Assembly (NCBI GenBank): GCA_963751345.1 | Contig: CAVVUS010000033.1 | Location: 33,578-97,577, forward strand | Length of the DNA stretch: 64,000 nt | Source: an uncultured Chloroflexia bacterium | GTDB taxonomy: Bacteria; Chloroflexota; Anaerolineae; B4-G1; SLSP01 | Direction: 5' to 3' | In this document: positions 19,573 to 30,462 of the stretch, one piece after another | Position numbering within the stretch: the stretch's first letter is position 1 | Layout: the number at the start of each line of letters is the position of its first letter | The notes under the pieces: generated by a model | Databases searched by the model: none | The model's input: the letters and a program-made list of their open reading frames with translations, nothing else | What the model was told of the DNA's origin: nothing | Program-made: the position numbers and the translations under genes

Positions 19573-20340
19573 ATGCTCCCTACGCTGGTCTACTTTCACG
19601 GTGGCGCGGGGCTGTTCGGGTCGCCGGATGACTTCCATCCGCGCCATCGGGCGCTGCTGGAGGAGGTCGGGTTCACCACGATCTCCGCGGACTACCCGAA
19701 GGCCATCGGCAGGTCGCTGCACGAGGTTGTTTCCGCGGTCGAGGCGACCGCGCGGCGGGCGGCGGTCGAGTCGCCCACCGGGTCGATCGTCGTGATGGGC
19801 CATTCATTTGGAGGCTATCTGACGCTCTGGCTTGCATCGACGCAGCCCTACGTGGCCGGAGCCGTCGCGCTCGCGGGCTACGCGGATCTGCTCGCGCCTT
19901 TCTACACCGAGCCGTCGGCGCATTACCTCGCGGCAAAGGATCTGACGGGGTTCCGCCCGGAGACCGTCACCGCGGCCTCGCCGCCCGGTGACAAGTTCGA
20001 TCTCTACCTTTACCTGCGGCAGACGGCCACCTGGCCCGACTATGTATCCGGAGGACATCCCGCGGACCTGGCACGGCTATCGCCGCTGCGGCTGCCACCG
20101 GCCCCGACGCCGGTCTTTCTGGTGCACGGCGAGGCCGACACCGACGTCCCCTCCACGGCATCGGTGGCCTATCGCGAGCACGTCGCCGGTGTGTCGCCTG
20201 ACACTGCCCTGGTGCTGCATCCCACCGGCGGCCACGGCCTGATGTTCGACATGGACAATCCGGAGGTGGCGGCGATCTGGGATGCGGTGGTCGGATGGAT
20301 GTCGGGTCTGGCAACCGACAGCCGCCTTCCGCCCAATTGA
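19573..20340 (+). CDS. Alpha/beta hydrolase
   Basis: YFHGGAG, GHSFGG nucleophile motif, LVHGEADTDVP, GGHG. Confidence 0.88.
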   Translation: MLPTLVYFHGGAGLFGSPDDFHPRHRALLEEVGFTTISADYPKAIGRSLHEVVSAVEATARRAAVESPTGSIVVMGHSFGGYLTLWLASTQPYVAGAVALAGYADLLAPFYTEPSAHYLAAKDLTGFRPETVTAASPPGDKFDLYLYLRQTATWPDYVSGGHPADLARLSPLRLPPAPTPVFLVHGEADTDVPSTASVAYREHVAGVSPDTALVLHPTGGHGLMFDMDNPEVAAIWDAVVGWMSGLATDSRLPPN

Positions 20341-20384
20341 AAGCCGGAAAACGGACGACGGGAAACTGGTTCGCGGAGGCTACG

Positions 20385-21332
20385 ATGGAATACGTGAAGT
20401 TCGGTAATACAGGCGAGAGTGTCTCAGCCCTGGCGCTGGGCTGCATGAGCCTAAGGATGGACAAGCTGGAGGAGAGCAAGGCCACGGTGCGGAGGGCGTA
20501 CGAGCTCGGGATCACGTTCTTCGACACCGCCGACATCTACGCGCGTGGCGACTCGGAGCGGATCCTGGGCGCAGCCGTGCGGGAGGCGGGCATTCCGCGA
20601 GACGAGATCTTCATCGCGTCAAAGTGCGGCATCGTCTTCCAGGGGACGAACCCCGAGTACGCGTACAAGGCGTATGACCTCTCGCCCGGCTACCTCAAGG
20701 CGAGCTGCGAGGCGAGCCTACAGCGGCTGGGCCTGGAGACGATCGATCTCTATCAGCCGCATCGCATTGACTACCTGACCCACCCCGAGGAGACGGCCCG
20801 CGCGCTGGAGGAGCTGAAGGGTGACGGGAAGATCCGCCACGTGGGGGTGAGCAACTTCACCGCCGACGAAGTCCGCGCCCTGTCGGCCTACATCCAGATC
20901 GAGAGCCTGCAGACGCAGTACAGTATGCTCTTCCTCGAACCGCTGGAAACGGGACTGACCGCGGTCTGCCTTGAGAAGCACATGGCGATTCTCCCGTGGA
21001 GCCCGCTGCACCAGGGCGTGCTCACCGGCGCACGCGCGCTGCCGCACGACGAGTGGCAGCGCCAGCGCGAGGCGGGCGTGGTCGCGCAGCTCCGGCCCTT
21101 TGCCGAGGCGTACGGTGTGACCGTTGGACAGCTCTCGCTCGCATGGCCTATGCGGCAGCCGGGGCCCGTCATCCCCCTTGTGGGCACGGCCAATCCCGAC
21201 CACATCGCGGAGGCTGCCGGTGCGGCCGACGTGACACTGGAGCGCGACGACTGGTATGAGCTGATGGTCATCGCCCGCGGGCGGTCGATGCCGTGGGGGC
21301 AGCGTCCTTACCTCTATACGAAGGAGCGCTGA
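20385..21332 (+). CDS. Aldo/keto reductase
   Basis: LGCM, GITFFDTADIY, SKCG, SLQRLGLETIDLYQPH, GKIRHVGVSNF, PWSPL. Confidence 0.92.
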   Translation: MEYVKFGNTGESVSALALGCMSLRMDKLEESKATVRRAYELGITFFDTADIYARGDSERILGAAVREAGIPRDEIFIASKCGIVFQGTNPEYAYKAYDLSPGYLKASCEASLQRLGLETIDLYQPHRIDYLTHPEETARALEELKGDGKIRHVGVSNFTADEVRALSAYIQIESLQTQYSMLFLEPLETGLTAVCLEKHMAILPWSPLHQGVLTGARALPHDEWQRQREAGVVAQLRPFAEAYGVTVGQLSLAWPMRQPGPVIPLVGTANPDHIAEAAGAADVTLERDDWYELMVIARGRSMPWGQRPYLYTKER

Positions 21333-22144
21333 TGACCGAGCGTCGACATCTTCTGCTGACCGGCGCAACGGGTCAGATCGGGACGGCCTTTCGCGGCTAC
21401 GCCGGCGACCGCTACCGGATGCGTATGGCGGCCCATACCCCCGACGAAATCACAGGTCCCGAGTGGTCGGACGTGGCGCCCAACGAAGTGATCACGCTGG
21501 AGGTGGCCGATCCAGAGGCGTGCATGGCGGCGTGCGAGGGCATTGACACGGTGGTGCACCTGGCGGCGGTCACCAGCTCGCGGGTGGGGTTCTACGACGG
21601 GCTCCTGGACACCAACATCAAGGGACTCTACAACATCCTGAGCGCGGCCAAGGCCCAGGGCTGCCGGCGCGCCATCGTCGCCAGCAGCGTCCAGGCGATC
21701 AGCGGGTATCCCCTGGACGTCCAGGCACGCACCGGCGATGCGCCCCGCCCGCTGAACATGTACGCCGTGACCAAGGCCTTCGCCGAGCTGATGGCCCACT
21801 ACTTCGCCATCACCGAGGGGCTGCCTTGTATCGCCATTCGCGTGGGCAGCTTCGAGGCCGAGTGGGTGCGCAGATCGCCGACAGCCCGGAACCTGAGCAC
21901 GTTCATCAGCAAGCGAGACATTAGCGAGCTGCTGGTCCGGTGCATCGAGGCGGAGGACGTGCAGTTTGCGGTTGTCCACGGCGTGTCGGACAACCGGTTC
22001 AAACGGCTCGACCTGACCGACACGCGGGAGAAGCTGGGATACCAGCCGAGGGACGATAGCTTTCGCATCTTCGAGACGGGGCTGGCGTACATCGACCGGT
22101 GGTACGACAGCGCCCCGGGCGATCCGGAGAAGCGTGAGCGGTAG
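21332..22144 (+). CDS. NAD-dependent epimerase/dehydratase, uronate dehydrogenase-like
   Basis: LLTGATGQIG, VVHLAA, NIKGLYN, YAVTK, IRVGSF, GVSDN, LGYQPRD. Confidence 0.85.
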   Translation: MTERRHLLLTGATGQIGTAFRGYAGDRYRMRMAAHTPDEITGPEWSDVAPNEVITLEVADPEACMAACEGIDTVVHLAAVTSSRVGFYDGLLDTNIKGLYNILSAAKAQGCRRAIVASSVQAISGYPLDVQARTGDAPRPLNMYAVTKAFAELMAHYFAITEGLPCIAIRVGSFEAEWVRRSPTARNLSTFISKRDISELLVRCIEAEDVQFAVVHGVSDNRFKRLDLTDTREKLGYQPRDDSFRIFETGLAYIDRWYDSAPGDPEKRER

Positions 22145-22387
22145 GGGCGGCCCCACCCTGTCGCCGGTTCCCGGCCCATCCCTTTCCCAACTTTCCTTTC
22201 CTTTTTCTAACCTATCCTAACGGGATCCTGCGGTTACAGGCGGCAGCTTCGTCAATAATGTGGGAGGCTGCCAAGGGGTGTCCGGGCGGCAGGTCCGGAT
22301 CCCGCGCGGGAGCACCATCTCTGCGCTGCGGCGACGCGGCATCGTACTCTACATCGGCACGAGAGATCGTGAGGCGGGAGGTGTCTG

Positions 22388-24838
22388 GTGAACGGTCGGT
22401 ACAGGACGGGTCTCAGGATTGTCTACGTCGTGATTCTGCTACTGTCGGTGTCGGTCAGACCTGTGAGAGCCGATCGCATTGACATTCCCGTCGGGCCGCC
22501 GCCATCAGAAGCCGAACTATCCGATTCCGACCTTGTCGCCTCCTCCCCCACGTGAGGCGGGCGCCTTGTCGGCCGCTGCGGCTCAGCCGCTGCAGTTCAT
22601 CACCGATCCTCTGCTCGATATGAAGGTGCTGGTGATCCTCGACAGCGTGACCGATGCGATCGGCGTCAACCAGATGATCCTCGGCTATCTCGATATCCTG
22701 GGGATTCCCTACGACGTGGTCGATGTGAACGGACGCATCTCCGACACGCCGGCGCTGGTGACGGATGCTATGCTATGGGATGGCGTCAACCACGGGCACT
22801 ACTACGCCATCTTCGTCACCACGAGCGACGTCTGGTCGCCCATCATCGCACCGGGCAATACGGCCGGAGAGGGTTTGACGGCGACCGAACGGGATCTCAT
22901 TCGGGCCTATGAGCGCACCTTCAACGTGCGCCAGGCCACGCTGTACGCATACCCCGAGGCCACCGATTACGGCCTGATCGCCCATCACGGAGACGGGGGC
23001 GCCGTTGACGACGACGCTCACGTCTGCGGGGCAGGGGGTCTTCAGCTACCTCAACCCGAACATCGAGATGCCGGTATCCGATGCTTACACCTATCTTGGC
23101 GTCCCGGCACCGGGGGCGGTCATCACGCCGCTGTTGGAGTTCGTCGACACCGGCCACATCTACACGACAACGGTCGAGACGTATCCCATCGTCAGTATCT
23201 TCGATCCCGTCGATGCCGGTGAGCAGATGGTCGTGACCGCTGCGGCCTATTACCCGGCAACACCTCCGGTCAGTCTCCACGGCCGGTTGCTGCCGTATGG
23301 GATCATCAACTGGGCGACAAAGGGCGTCTTCCTCGGCGAGCGACATCTCTACTTCGAGCCGCAGGCCGACGACGTGCTTTCCTACGGCGACCGGTGGGAT
23401 CCTACCACGCACAGCACGATCTTCGACACCGGCTACCGGCTGCAGCCAAGCGACGTCGACAATTTGCTGGCGTGGATGACCCTCTTCCGCGGGACACCGA
23501 ACGCAGTCGAGCTTCCTGGTCGAGATGGCGTTCAACGGGGAGGGGGTCGACTACGACAGCGATCCGAATACCGGTCAGATCATCTCCGGCACGCTCACGG
23601 ACAAGCTCATGCAGACGCAGAGCGCTTTCACGTGGCTTAACCACACCTGGAGCCACCAAGATCTCTACACGGTGACCTACCAGACAGCCTACCAGGAGAT
23701 CTACAGCAACACGCTGACCGCGCAGCGACTGGGCTTCACGGATTACACGACGTCGACGCTGTTGACCGGCGCTTACAGCGGCTTGACGAACACCCACGTC
23801 ATCAGCGCGGCCTACGACCTGGGTGTCCGCTATATGGAGTCGAATGCGTCAAGGCCGGGTTTCGGCAACCCGAGCCCCAACACCGGGATTCTCACCGGCA
23901 CGGGAGGGGCCATGCTCCTGGTGCCACGCCTGGCCAACAACATCTTGTACTTCGCGAGCACGCCTGCAGCGGAGGTCGATTACTACAACTTGGTGAGCGA
24001 TCCGAACAGCGGGCCGTACTGCCCCGCTTACTACAACGACCCCACCTACGATCCGGCGAACCTCTGCTTCACCTACCCGCAGATCCTGGACTCGACCACC
24101 AACCAGGCCTTGGGGTTTCTGCTTGACTTCAATATCGACGCGACGATGTTCCATATGAACAATCTCAACGCCTACAACGCCCCGACCAGCACGAATACGC
24201 TGATGGGCGACTACGTCACCGCGCTCTACGCCAAGTACAACACGTATTACAACTCAAACGTGCCCATTCTGAGTCTGCGCACGCAGGAGACCGGCAGCTT
24301 GATGCAGCAGCGGATGGATTACAATGCGTCCGGTGTGTCGGGCATCATCGGGTGTGCCAATCAGATGACCGTGACGGTGCCGGCGGCAGCACCGACCGGC
24401 GCGAGGGTGCCGGTCACGGGCGTGAGCTACGGCAGCGATACCGAGACCTACGCAGGACAGCCGATCTCGACCTTCCAGATCAACCCGGGCGATGTCCTGA
24501 GCATCCCGGGTACGGCGTCGCCCTCCACGCCTGCCGCCGTGACCGGCCTCACCGTCACGACCGGTGTGATCACCAAGACGCTGACCTGGGATCCTGTCGC
24601 CGGCGCCCTCGGGTACCGCGTCTACAGCGGCACGACCCCAGGCTTTGCCCTGGGCTCCGGGCACCAGCTTGGCGTCGTGACCACGACGACGTATCTGGAC
24701 GCCTCCGGGAGTACCAACTACGCCGTGACCGCCATCGCCGATGACTGCTGGAAGCACGAGTCTTCGCCGGCCTACGTGCCGCCCGCCCCAACGTCATACG
24801 CGATCTATCTTCCGCTCGCGATGCGGTTGGCGCCATAG
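22388..24838 (+). CDS. Secreted Agd3-like (CE18) polysaccharide deacetylase with FN3-like domain and C-terminal IYLPLAMR tail (frameshifts)
   Basis: Signal peptide from GTG 22388 (MNGRYRTGLRIVYVVILLLSVSVRPVRA); LGIPYDV, YERTFNVRQ, WATKGVFLGER..QADDV, WLNHTWSH, FHMNNL. Pieces 22479-23222, 23005-23640, 23525-24838. Confidence 0.72.
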
Positions 24839-24864
24839 GGCAGAAGCAAGGCAGCGCTTCGGGA

Positions 24865-24926
24865 AAGACCTTTGGGGTCGTGTGCACAAGCAGGTGCTTG
24901 CTTCACAGGAAAACCCCAAAGGTCTT
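24865..24926. repeat. REP-like palindrome family A
   Basis: AAGACCTTTGGGGT...ACCCCAAAGGTCTT, a 14-bp perfect inverted repeat. Confidence 0.8.
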
Positions 24927-25214
24927 CTGTGGTTGAAGTAGGCTCCTGCACCTGCTGGTAGGGAAGCGTTCCGTGCGCCTGTGGGGCGCCTGTTCGTGGC
25001 TGCGGCAACCGGGATGGCGGTTGATCCCGCTCTCACTCTCGTCCATCGTCCCGGACTTTCTTGCGTCGAGTCTCCGATACGCTATCATCCCAGGTGTGTC
25101 AGCCAAATCGTATGTGAAGGCAGTCGAGACCGAGGAGAACCTGCCATACAGTGCCGGGGAGCCCCGGTGCATCGAACGGCACGGGGCTCCCGACCACTCC
25201 AAAGGAGATCATCT

Positions 25215-27306
25215 ATGACCAAGTCCACGATGCCGCGCATTCCCTACGGCGCAGTTTACTTCCGCAAGTCCAATCCCCCGCGCGAGGACTGGGCGCGGGA
25301 TTACCGGACCGCGTCCGAGGACGGGATGAACACGTTCCGCCACTGGTTCCTCTGGGGCGCGATCGAGACCGCGCCCGGCGTCTTTGACTGGGCCGGCTAC
25401 GATCGCCAGCTCGACCTTGCAGCCGAGCACGGCATCAAGACGATCATCGCCGAGATGATCGTGGTCGCGCCGGAGTGGGCCTATGAGACCTACGCGGGCG
25501 CGCGCTATGAGACCCACGATGGGCGGAAGCTGGGCCCGCAGATGCACGGGAGCTGCGTCGTGGGCGGTGCACCGGGGCTCTGCCTTGACAACACAGAAGC
25601 CCGCGAGGCCGCCGGGCGGTTCCTCCGTGCGCTGGTCACGCGGTATCGCGACCATCCGGGCCTGGGCGGCTACGACGTCTGGAACGAGTGCAACTACCCT
25701 TCGGACGTCTGCTACTGCCCCGCAACGCAGGCCGCGTTCCGCACATGGCTGCGCGGGCGGTACGAGAGCCTCGACGCGCTGCGTGAGACCTGGCACCGCT
25801 ACAGCATGCCCACGTGGGACGACGTGACGGCACCGCGACAGCTCGGACCGTATCCCGACGCGCTCGATTGGCTGGCGTTCCGGATCGACAACGCGTATGC
25901 CCAGATGCGCTGGCGGGTCGACGTGATCCGCGAGCTCGATCCTGATCACCTCATCACGGCACACGGGGTGGCGGGGAGCCTCACGGCAATGGCGTCCAAT
26001 ACCCGCGACGATTGGCGGGGGGCGGCGGAGGTCGAGAGCTATGGGCTGACCTGGATCGCGTCGCGAAAGGGCGACGAGCCCTGGAAACAGTGGCACGCGG
26101 TCGATATGACCCGCGCCGCCTCGCGCGGCAAGCCCTTCTGGCACGCCGAGGCGGAGGGCGGACCCCTGTGGCTCCAGCCCCAGGTGATCGGCAAGCCGAG
26201 GGATGAGGGGCGGATCGCGTCGCCCGAGGACATGCGTCTGTGGCACCTCACCTCGTTCGCCGCGGGGGCCACGGGCCTGCTCTATCCGCGGTGGCGCCCG
26301 CTGCTCGATGGGCCGCTCTTCGGCGCCTTCGGACCGTATGGGATGGACGGCGGGCGGACACCCCGCTCCGAGATGACCGGCGCGATCGCCCGCTGGGCCA
26401 ACGCGCCGGAGCAGGCCCAGCTGTGGACGTCGCGGCCCGTCCGCGGCGAGGTCGGGATCGTGGTGGTGCCGGAGACCCAGCTCCACGCCGCCATGCTCTT
26501 CGGCAGCCCCGACGTCTATGGGCGCGCGATGGAGGGAGCCTACCGGGGTTTCTTCGACGCCAACATCCAGGCCGACTGGGTCTACATTGACGACATCGCG
26601 GCGTACGACGTGCTCTATCTGCCCTTCCCCCTGATGCTCAGCCAGTTGGCAGCCGATCGGCTGCGCGCCTGGGTCGAGGCCGGTGGCACGCTCATCGCGG
26701 AGGGATGTCCCGGTTACTTCGGCGATCACGGCCACGTGGGGACGGTGCAGCCGAACCTCGGCCTTGACGAGCTCTTCGGCGCGCGTGAGAGCTACGTGGA
26801 GTTCACGCCCGACTTGCTCGCGGATCTCGCGTTGACCGTCGACGGTGTGCCCACCTGGGGCGGCGTCGTGCTTCAGGCCTATGAGCCCACCACCGGCAGC
26901 GCCTCGGGGCGATACGCCGATGGCCGCGTCGCCGCGGTTGACCATGCCTATGGGCGGGGCAGGACACGGCTGATCGGCACGATGTGCGGCACGGGATACG
27001 GCACACACGCGGACGCAAGCCACGCGCGTTTCTACGATGAGCTCCTCGCCTTCGCCGGGGTGACCCCAGCACGTGCGGGTGAGCGACCCGCGGATCACCG
27101 CGCGGCTGCACGATGGCCCGGGCGGCACCTATCTCTGGGTGATGAACCCTGTCCGGCAGCCGGTGCCGGTGCGGTTCACGCTCGGCCCGGCGTGGGGGCC
27201 GTTCTCGACGGTGCGGTCGCTCTGGGGGGCGGAGGCGACGGTGGACGGGCGTGTGGTCTCGATGACCGCGGGCGCGCGAGACGTGGCAGTGCTGGCGCTC
27301 GCGTGA
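25215..27306 (+). CDS. Beta-galactosidase, GH42-like (frameshift near 27068)
   Basis: AAGGAG RBS; YGAVYF, WGAIETAPGVFDW, WNEC..CYC, KPFWHAE, trimerisation-type domain; C-terminus in ORF 27073-27306. Confidence 0.88.
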
Positions 27307-27310
27307 ACCA

Positions 27311-27344
27311 AGATTGGACCAATCTTCCGAGATTGGTCCAATCT
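27311..27344. repeat. Palindrome family D
   Basis: AGATTGGACCAATCTTCCGAGATTGGTCCAATCT between the GH42 and SGNH genes. Confidence 0.75.
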
Positions 27345-27359
27345 GTGTCGTTGAAGGAG

Positions 27360-28022
27360 GTGCTGAATTGGCGAATCGATGAATCATATCTTGCCGATCT
27401 CGTTGAGGAGCTGAAACGGCACTGGCCCGACAACCGGACCGTGACCATCGTCTGCCACGGGCACAGCGTGCCCGCGGGGTATGGGGCGACGCCCTTCGTG
27501 GACACGTTCAACGCCTACCCGCACCTGCTGCATCGCGGGTTAAAGGCGCGGTTCCCGTTCGCCGTCGTCAACGTGATCGTGACGGCGATTGGGGGAGAGA
27601 ACGCGGTGTCGGGGGCGGCGCGGTTTGAGAGCGACGTGCTTACGCACCGGCCCGACGTCGTGACGATTGACTACGGGCTCAACGACCGCGGGATCGGTCT
27701 GATCGCCGCGCGCGAGGCGTGGGCGGGGATGATCGAGCGTGCGTTGGCGGCGGACGCGCGGGTGGTTCTCCTGACGCCAACGTGGGACGTGACCCAGCGC
27801 CCGGGCTACCTGGGCGAGGACGCGGCGCTGCTAGGTGCACACGCGGCCCAGATCCGCGAGTTGGCAGCGACCTACGACGTCGGGCTGGCGGACAGCTTCG
27901 CGGCATTTGGGGCGTATGCGGCTTCGGGCGATCTCTCGGATCTGTTGGCCTGGCCGAACCACCCGAACCGGGAAGGGCATGCCCTCGTCGCGCGCGAGCT
28001 GCTGCGGTGGTTCCCGGCGTAG
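27360..28022 (+). CDS. SGNH/GDSL hydrolase (esterase)
   Basis: CHGHSV, AIGGEN, DYGLND, NHPNREGH blocks; own AAGGAGG RBS at about 27354. Exact start uncertain. Confidence 0.85.
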   Translation: MLNWRIDESYLADLVEELKRHWPDNRTVTIVCHGHSVPAGYGATPFVDTFNAYPHLLHRGLKARFPFAVVNVIVTAIGGENAVSGAARFESDVLTHRPDVVTIDYGLNDRGIGLIAAREAWAGMIERALAADARVVLLTPTWDVTQRPGYLGEDAALLGAHAAQIRELAATYDVGLADSFAAFGAYAASGDLSDLLAWPNHPNREGHALVARELLRWFPA

Positions 28023-28084
28023 CGCCTCGGACGGCGTAGCGCCTCGGACGGCGTAGCGCCTCGGACGGCGTGAGCGCCTCGGAG
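28016..28084. repeat. 17-bp tandem repeat GGCGTAGCGCCTCGGAC, about 4 copies
   Basis: Three exact copies at 28016, 28033 and 28050 plus one degenerate copy; the first contains the SGNH stop codon. Confidence 0.9.
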
Positions 28085-28099
28085 CCGGCGTGGCTGCCT

Positions 28100-28224
28100 G
28101 TAGAGACGGGCGGTGCCCCGTCTCCGGACGCAGTGATACCCGCAGACCGGGGTGCCACGCGAAGATCATATTGGTGTTCGACGGCACCTGCACGCCGGAA
28201 GACGGGCCACCGGCCCGTCTCTAC
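28100..28224. repeat. Pair of GTAG-type REP hairpins in inverted orientation (REPIN-like)
   Basis: GTAGAGACGGGCGGTGCCCCGTCTC at 28100 and GACGGGCCACCGGCCCGTCTCTAC ending at 28224; related to 60451-60479. Confidence 0.65.
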
Positions 28225-28365
28225 ACGGATTGTGCCAGGCGTTGCGGAAAACGACGCGCACCGGCACTGAGAGAGGCGTTGTGGGAAACCGCCAGGGGAC
28301 GTACAATAGATGCCGACACGCGGCGCGGATCGTATTCACAGCCTTGACGACCTTCGGAGGATCAC

Positions 28366-29431
28366 ATGCGGATTGAGAAGACTCCTTTCGGGACCTTGCC
28401 GGATGGTACCCAGGTCAGTATCTACACACTGGTCAACGCGTCGGGGATGACGGCGCGGATCATGCCCTATGGCGGGACGCTGGTCTCGCTGACGGCGCCG
28501 GATCGTGACGGGGTGATGGGCGATGTGGTGCTGGGCTTCGACACCCTCGCGGAGTACCTCGACCACAGCCCGTTCTTCGGCTGCCTGGTGGGGCGGTACG
28601 CCAACCGGATCGGCGGCGGGACGTTCTCGCTGGAGGGGGTGGACTACCAACTGGCCAAGAACAACGGGCCGAACTCACTCCATGGCGGCACGCGGGGGTT
28701 CGACAAACGCGTGTGGGCGGCGGCTGCGAGCGAGACCTCCGCGTGGGCCGGCGCTGGAGCTGAGCCTCGTGAGCCCCAACGGCGATCAGGGCTATCCCGG
28801 CACGCTTTCGGTGATGGTCGTCTACACCTTGACCGATGAGGGCGCGTGGCGCATTGACTACACGGCGACCACCGACAAGAGCACGATCCTGAACTTGACC
28901 AACCATTCGTACTTCAACCTCTCCGCGGGGGCTTCACCGACCGTGCACGACCACGAACTGTGGCTGAACGCGGAAGCCTTCACGCCTGTGGACGCGACGC
29001 TGATCCCCACGGGCGAGGTCCGTTCCGTTGCGGGCACGCCATTGGATTTCAGGCAGCCCGCGCGCATCGGGGCTCGCATTGATGACAACCACCTTCAACT
29101 TGGCTACGGTGGCGGCTACGATCACAACTGGGTCATCAACGGCCGTCCGGGCACGCTGCGGATTGCGGCGCGGGTCGCCGAGCCCGTGTCAGGCCGCGTG
29201 ATGGAGGTATCGACCACCGAGCCGGGCGTCCAGGTCTATACTGCCAACATGATGCCGCCGATGCCGGGCAAGGGCGGCCTGACGTATGTACGCCGCGGCG
29301 CGATTTGCCTGGAGACGCAGCACTTCCCGGATTCCCCCAATAAGCCCGAGTTCCCGTCGACGGTACTGGCACCGGGACAGACCTTCCGGTCGACGACGGA
29401 GTACAGGTTTACGACAACGGATCGAATTTGA
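28366..29431 (+). CDS. galM: Aldose 1-epimerase (galactose mutarotase), frameshift near 28740
   Basis: DVVLGFD, GRYANRI, NSLHGG, GYPG, NLTNHSYFNL, GYDHNW, CLETQHFPDSPN. Confidence 0.93.
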
Positions 29432-29482
29432 ACGTTAGCACGTCGGAACGTCAGTTCGAACGTCCTAAACGTGGGAGGGCGT

Positions 29483-29962
29483 ATGCTGGAGAAGAAGCCA
29501 AGTGGATGCAGCCGGATGCTCTTCCGGCTGCCTATTGCCCTCTATCGTTGGGGGGTGGGGTGGGTGCTGGGGCGTCGCTTCGTGATGATCCAGCACGTCG
29601 GGCGGAAGAGTGGCCTGCTGCGCCGTGTGGTCGTCGAGGTGGTCCGGTACGACCGCGCGTCGGGCTCGGTCGTCGTTGCGGCTGCCTGGGGACGAAAGTC
29701 GGACTGGTACCGGAATGTCCTCCAGACGCCGGAGGTGACGCTGACGCTGGGCGCGCGGCGATTCCGGGCTGTTGCCACGGTGCTCGACGAAGCGTCGGCG
29801 GCAGATGCGGTCTGCGACTATGCCCGGCGGCACCCGCTGGCATTTCGGGAGCTCACCAGGCTGATGTTGGGCCGCAGGCCTGAAGGAAGAGACACGGACT
29901 GCCGTGCGGTGGCGCACGCCGTCCCCGCGGTGCGTTTTGACCCTGTGGGAGAGGCTAGCTGA
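29483..29962 (+). CDS. Deazaflavin (F420)-dependent nitroreductase family oxidoreductase
   Basis: LFRLPIALYR, HVGRKSGLLRR..VEV, SDWYRNV..PEV. Confidence 0.85.
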   Translation: MLEKKPSGCSRMLFRLPIALYRWGVGWVLGRRFVMIQHVGRKSGLLRRVVVEVVRYDRASGSVVVAAAWGRKSDWYRNVLQTPEVTLTLGARRFRAVATVLDEASAADAVCDYARRHPLAFRELTRLMLGRRPEGRDTDCRAVAHAVPAVRFDPVGEAS

Positions 29963-29967
29963 GAAGT

Positions 29968-30459
29968 ATGGATCCTCGTGTGACGTCGGCAAGGCTCAAG
30001 GTGGTGGGGGTGCAGGGCGTCGTGCGGCTAGACCAGGACACGACCCCGCAACTCGGGAGGCTCTACGACCGGCTTCTTGGGCTGCTGACCAAGATTCCCG
30101 ATATCCGCAGGCCCTACAGGACGGTCGGCTACTGGCAGTTCGTGCAGGATCAGGTCCGGCTTTACTTTGCCGCGGTTGAGGTGGATGCCTTCGCGCGGTT
30201 CAGATGGGACGCCAAGTCCGGGTTGGTGGCCTGGGACCTCGGCGCGACGACGTGGGCGATCTGGACAGAGCGCAACGGAGAGGAGGGATCGCTCAGGGCG
30301 AGCGGTGCCTGCTGGGACTGGATGGCGGGCTCGACCTACCACTACGACAGCCGTTTCCTGGGCGACTTCGAGGTCTTCTACTGGCGCACGTTGGGGCGCG
30401 AGCCCCAGTCATCGTTTCACGAGGTGTGGGTGCCGGTCGTGGAGCGGAAAAGAGACTAG
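29968..30459 (+). CDS. GyrI-like small-molecule-binding domain protein
   Basis: LKVVG, YFAAVEVD, WDWMAGSTY, DFEVF, EVWVPV pattern. Confidence 0.6.
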   Translation: MDPRVTSARLKVVGVQGVVRLDQDTTPQLGRLYDRLLGLLTKIPDIRRPYRTVGYWQFVQDQVRLYFAAVEVDAFARFRWDAKSGLVAWDLGATTWAIWTERNGEEGSLRASGACWDWMAGSTYHYDSRFLGDFEVFYWRTLGREPQSSFHEVWVPVVERKRD

Positions 30460-30462
30460 GCT

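Noticed and set aside
25045-25065. RNase P RNA, from minus-strand GAAAGTCCGGG
   Set aside because: Only this short motif matches. The preceding GAG and the 3' ACAGAA..CGGCTTA element are absent.
25150-25192. Riboswitch upstream of the GH42 gene
   Set aside because: Only a single GGAGCCCCG/CGGGGCTCC hairpin is present and no aptamer consensus was recognised; more likely another REP-like hairpin.
24981-28022. 1013-aa beta-galactosidase-SGNH fusion
   Set aside because: Created by a frameshift near 27068. The true GH42 C-terminus ends at 27306, and a palindrome plus a separate RBS precede the SGNH gene.
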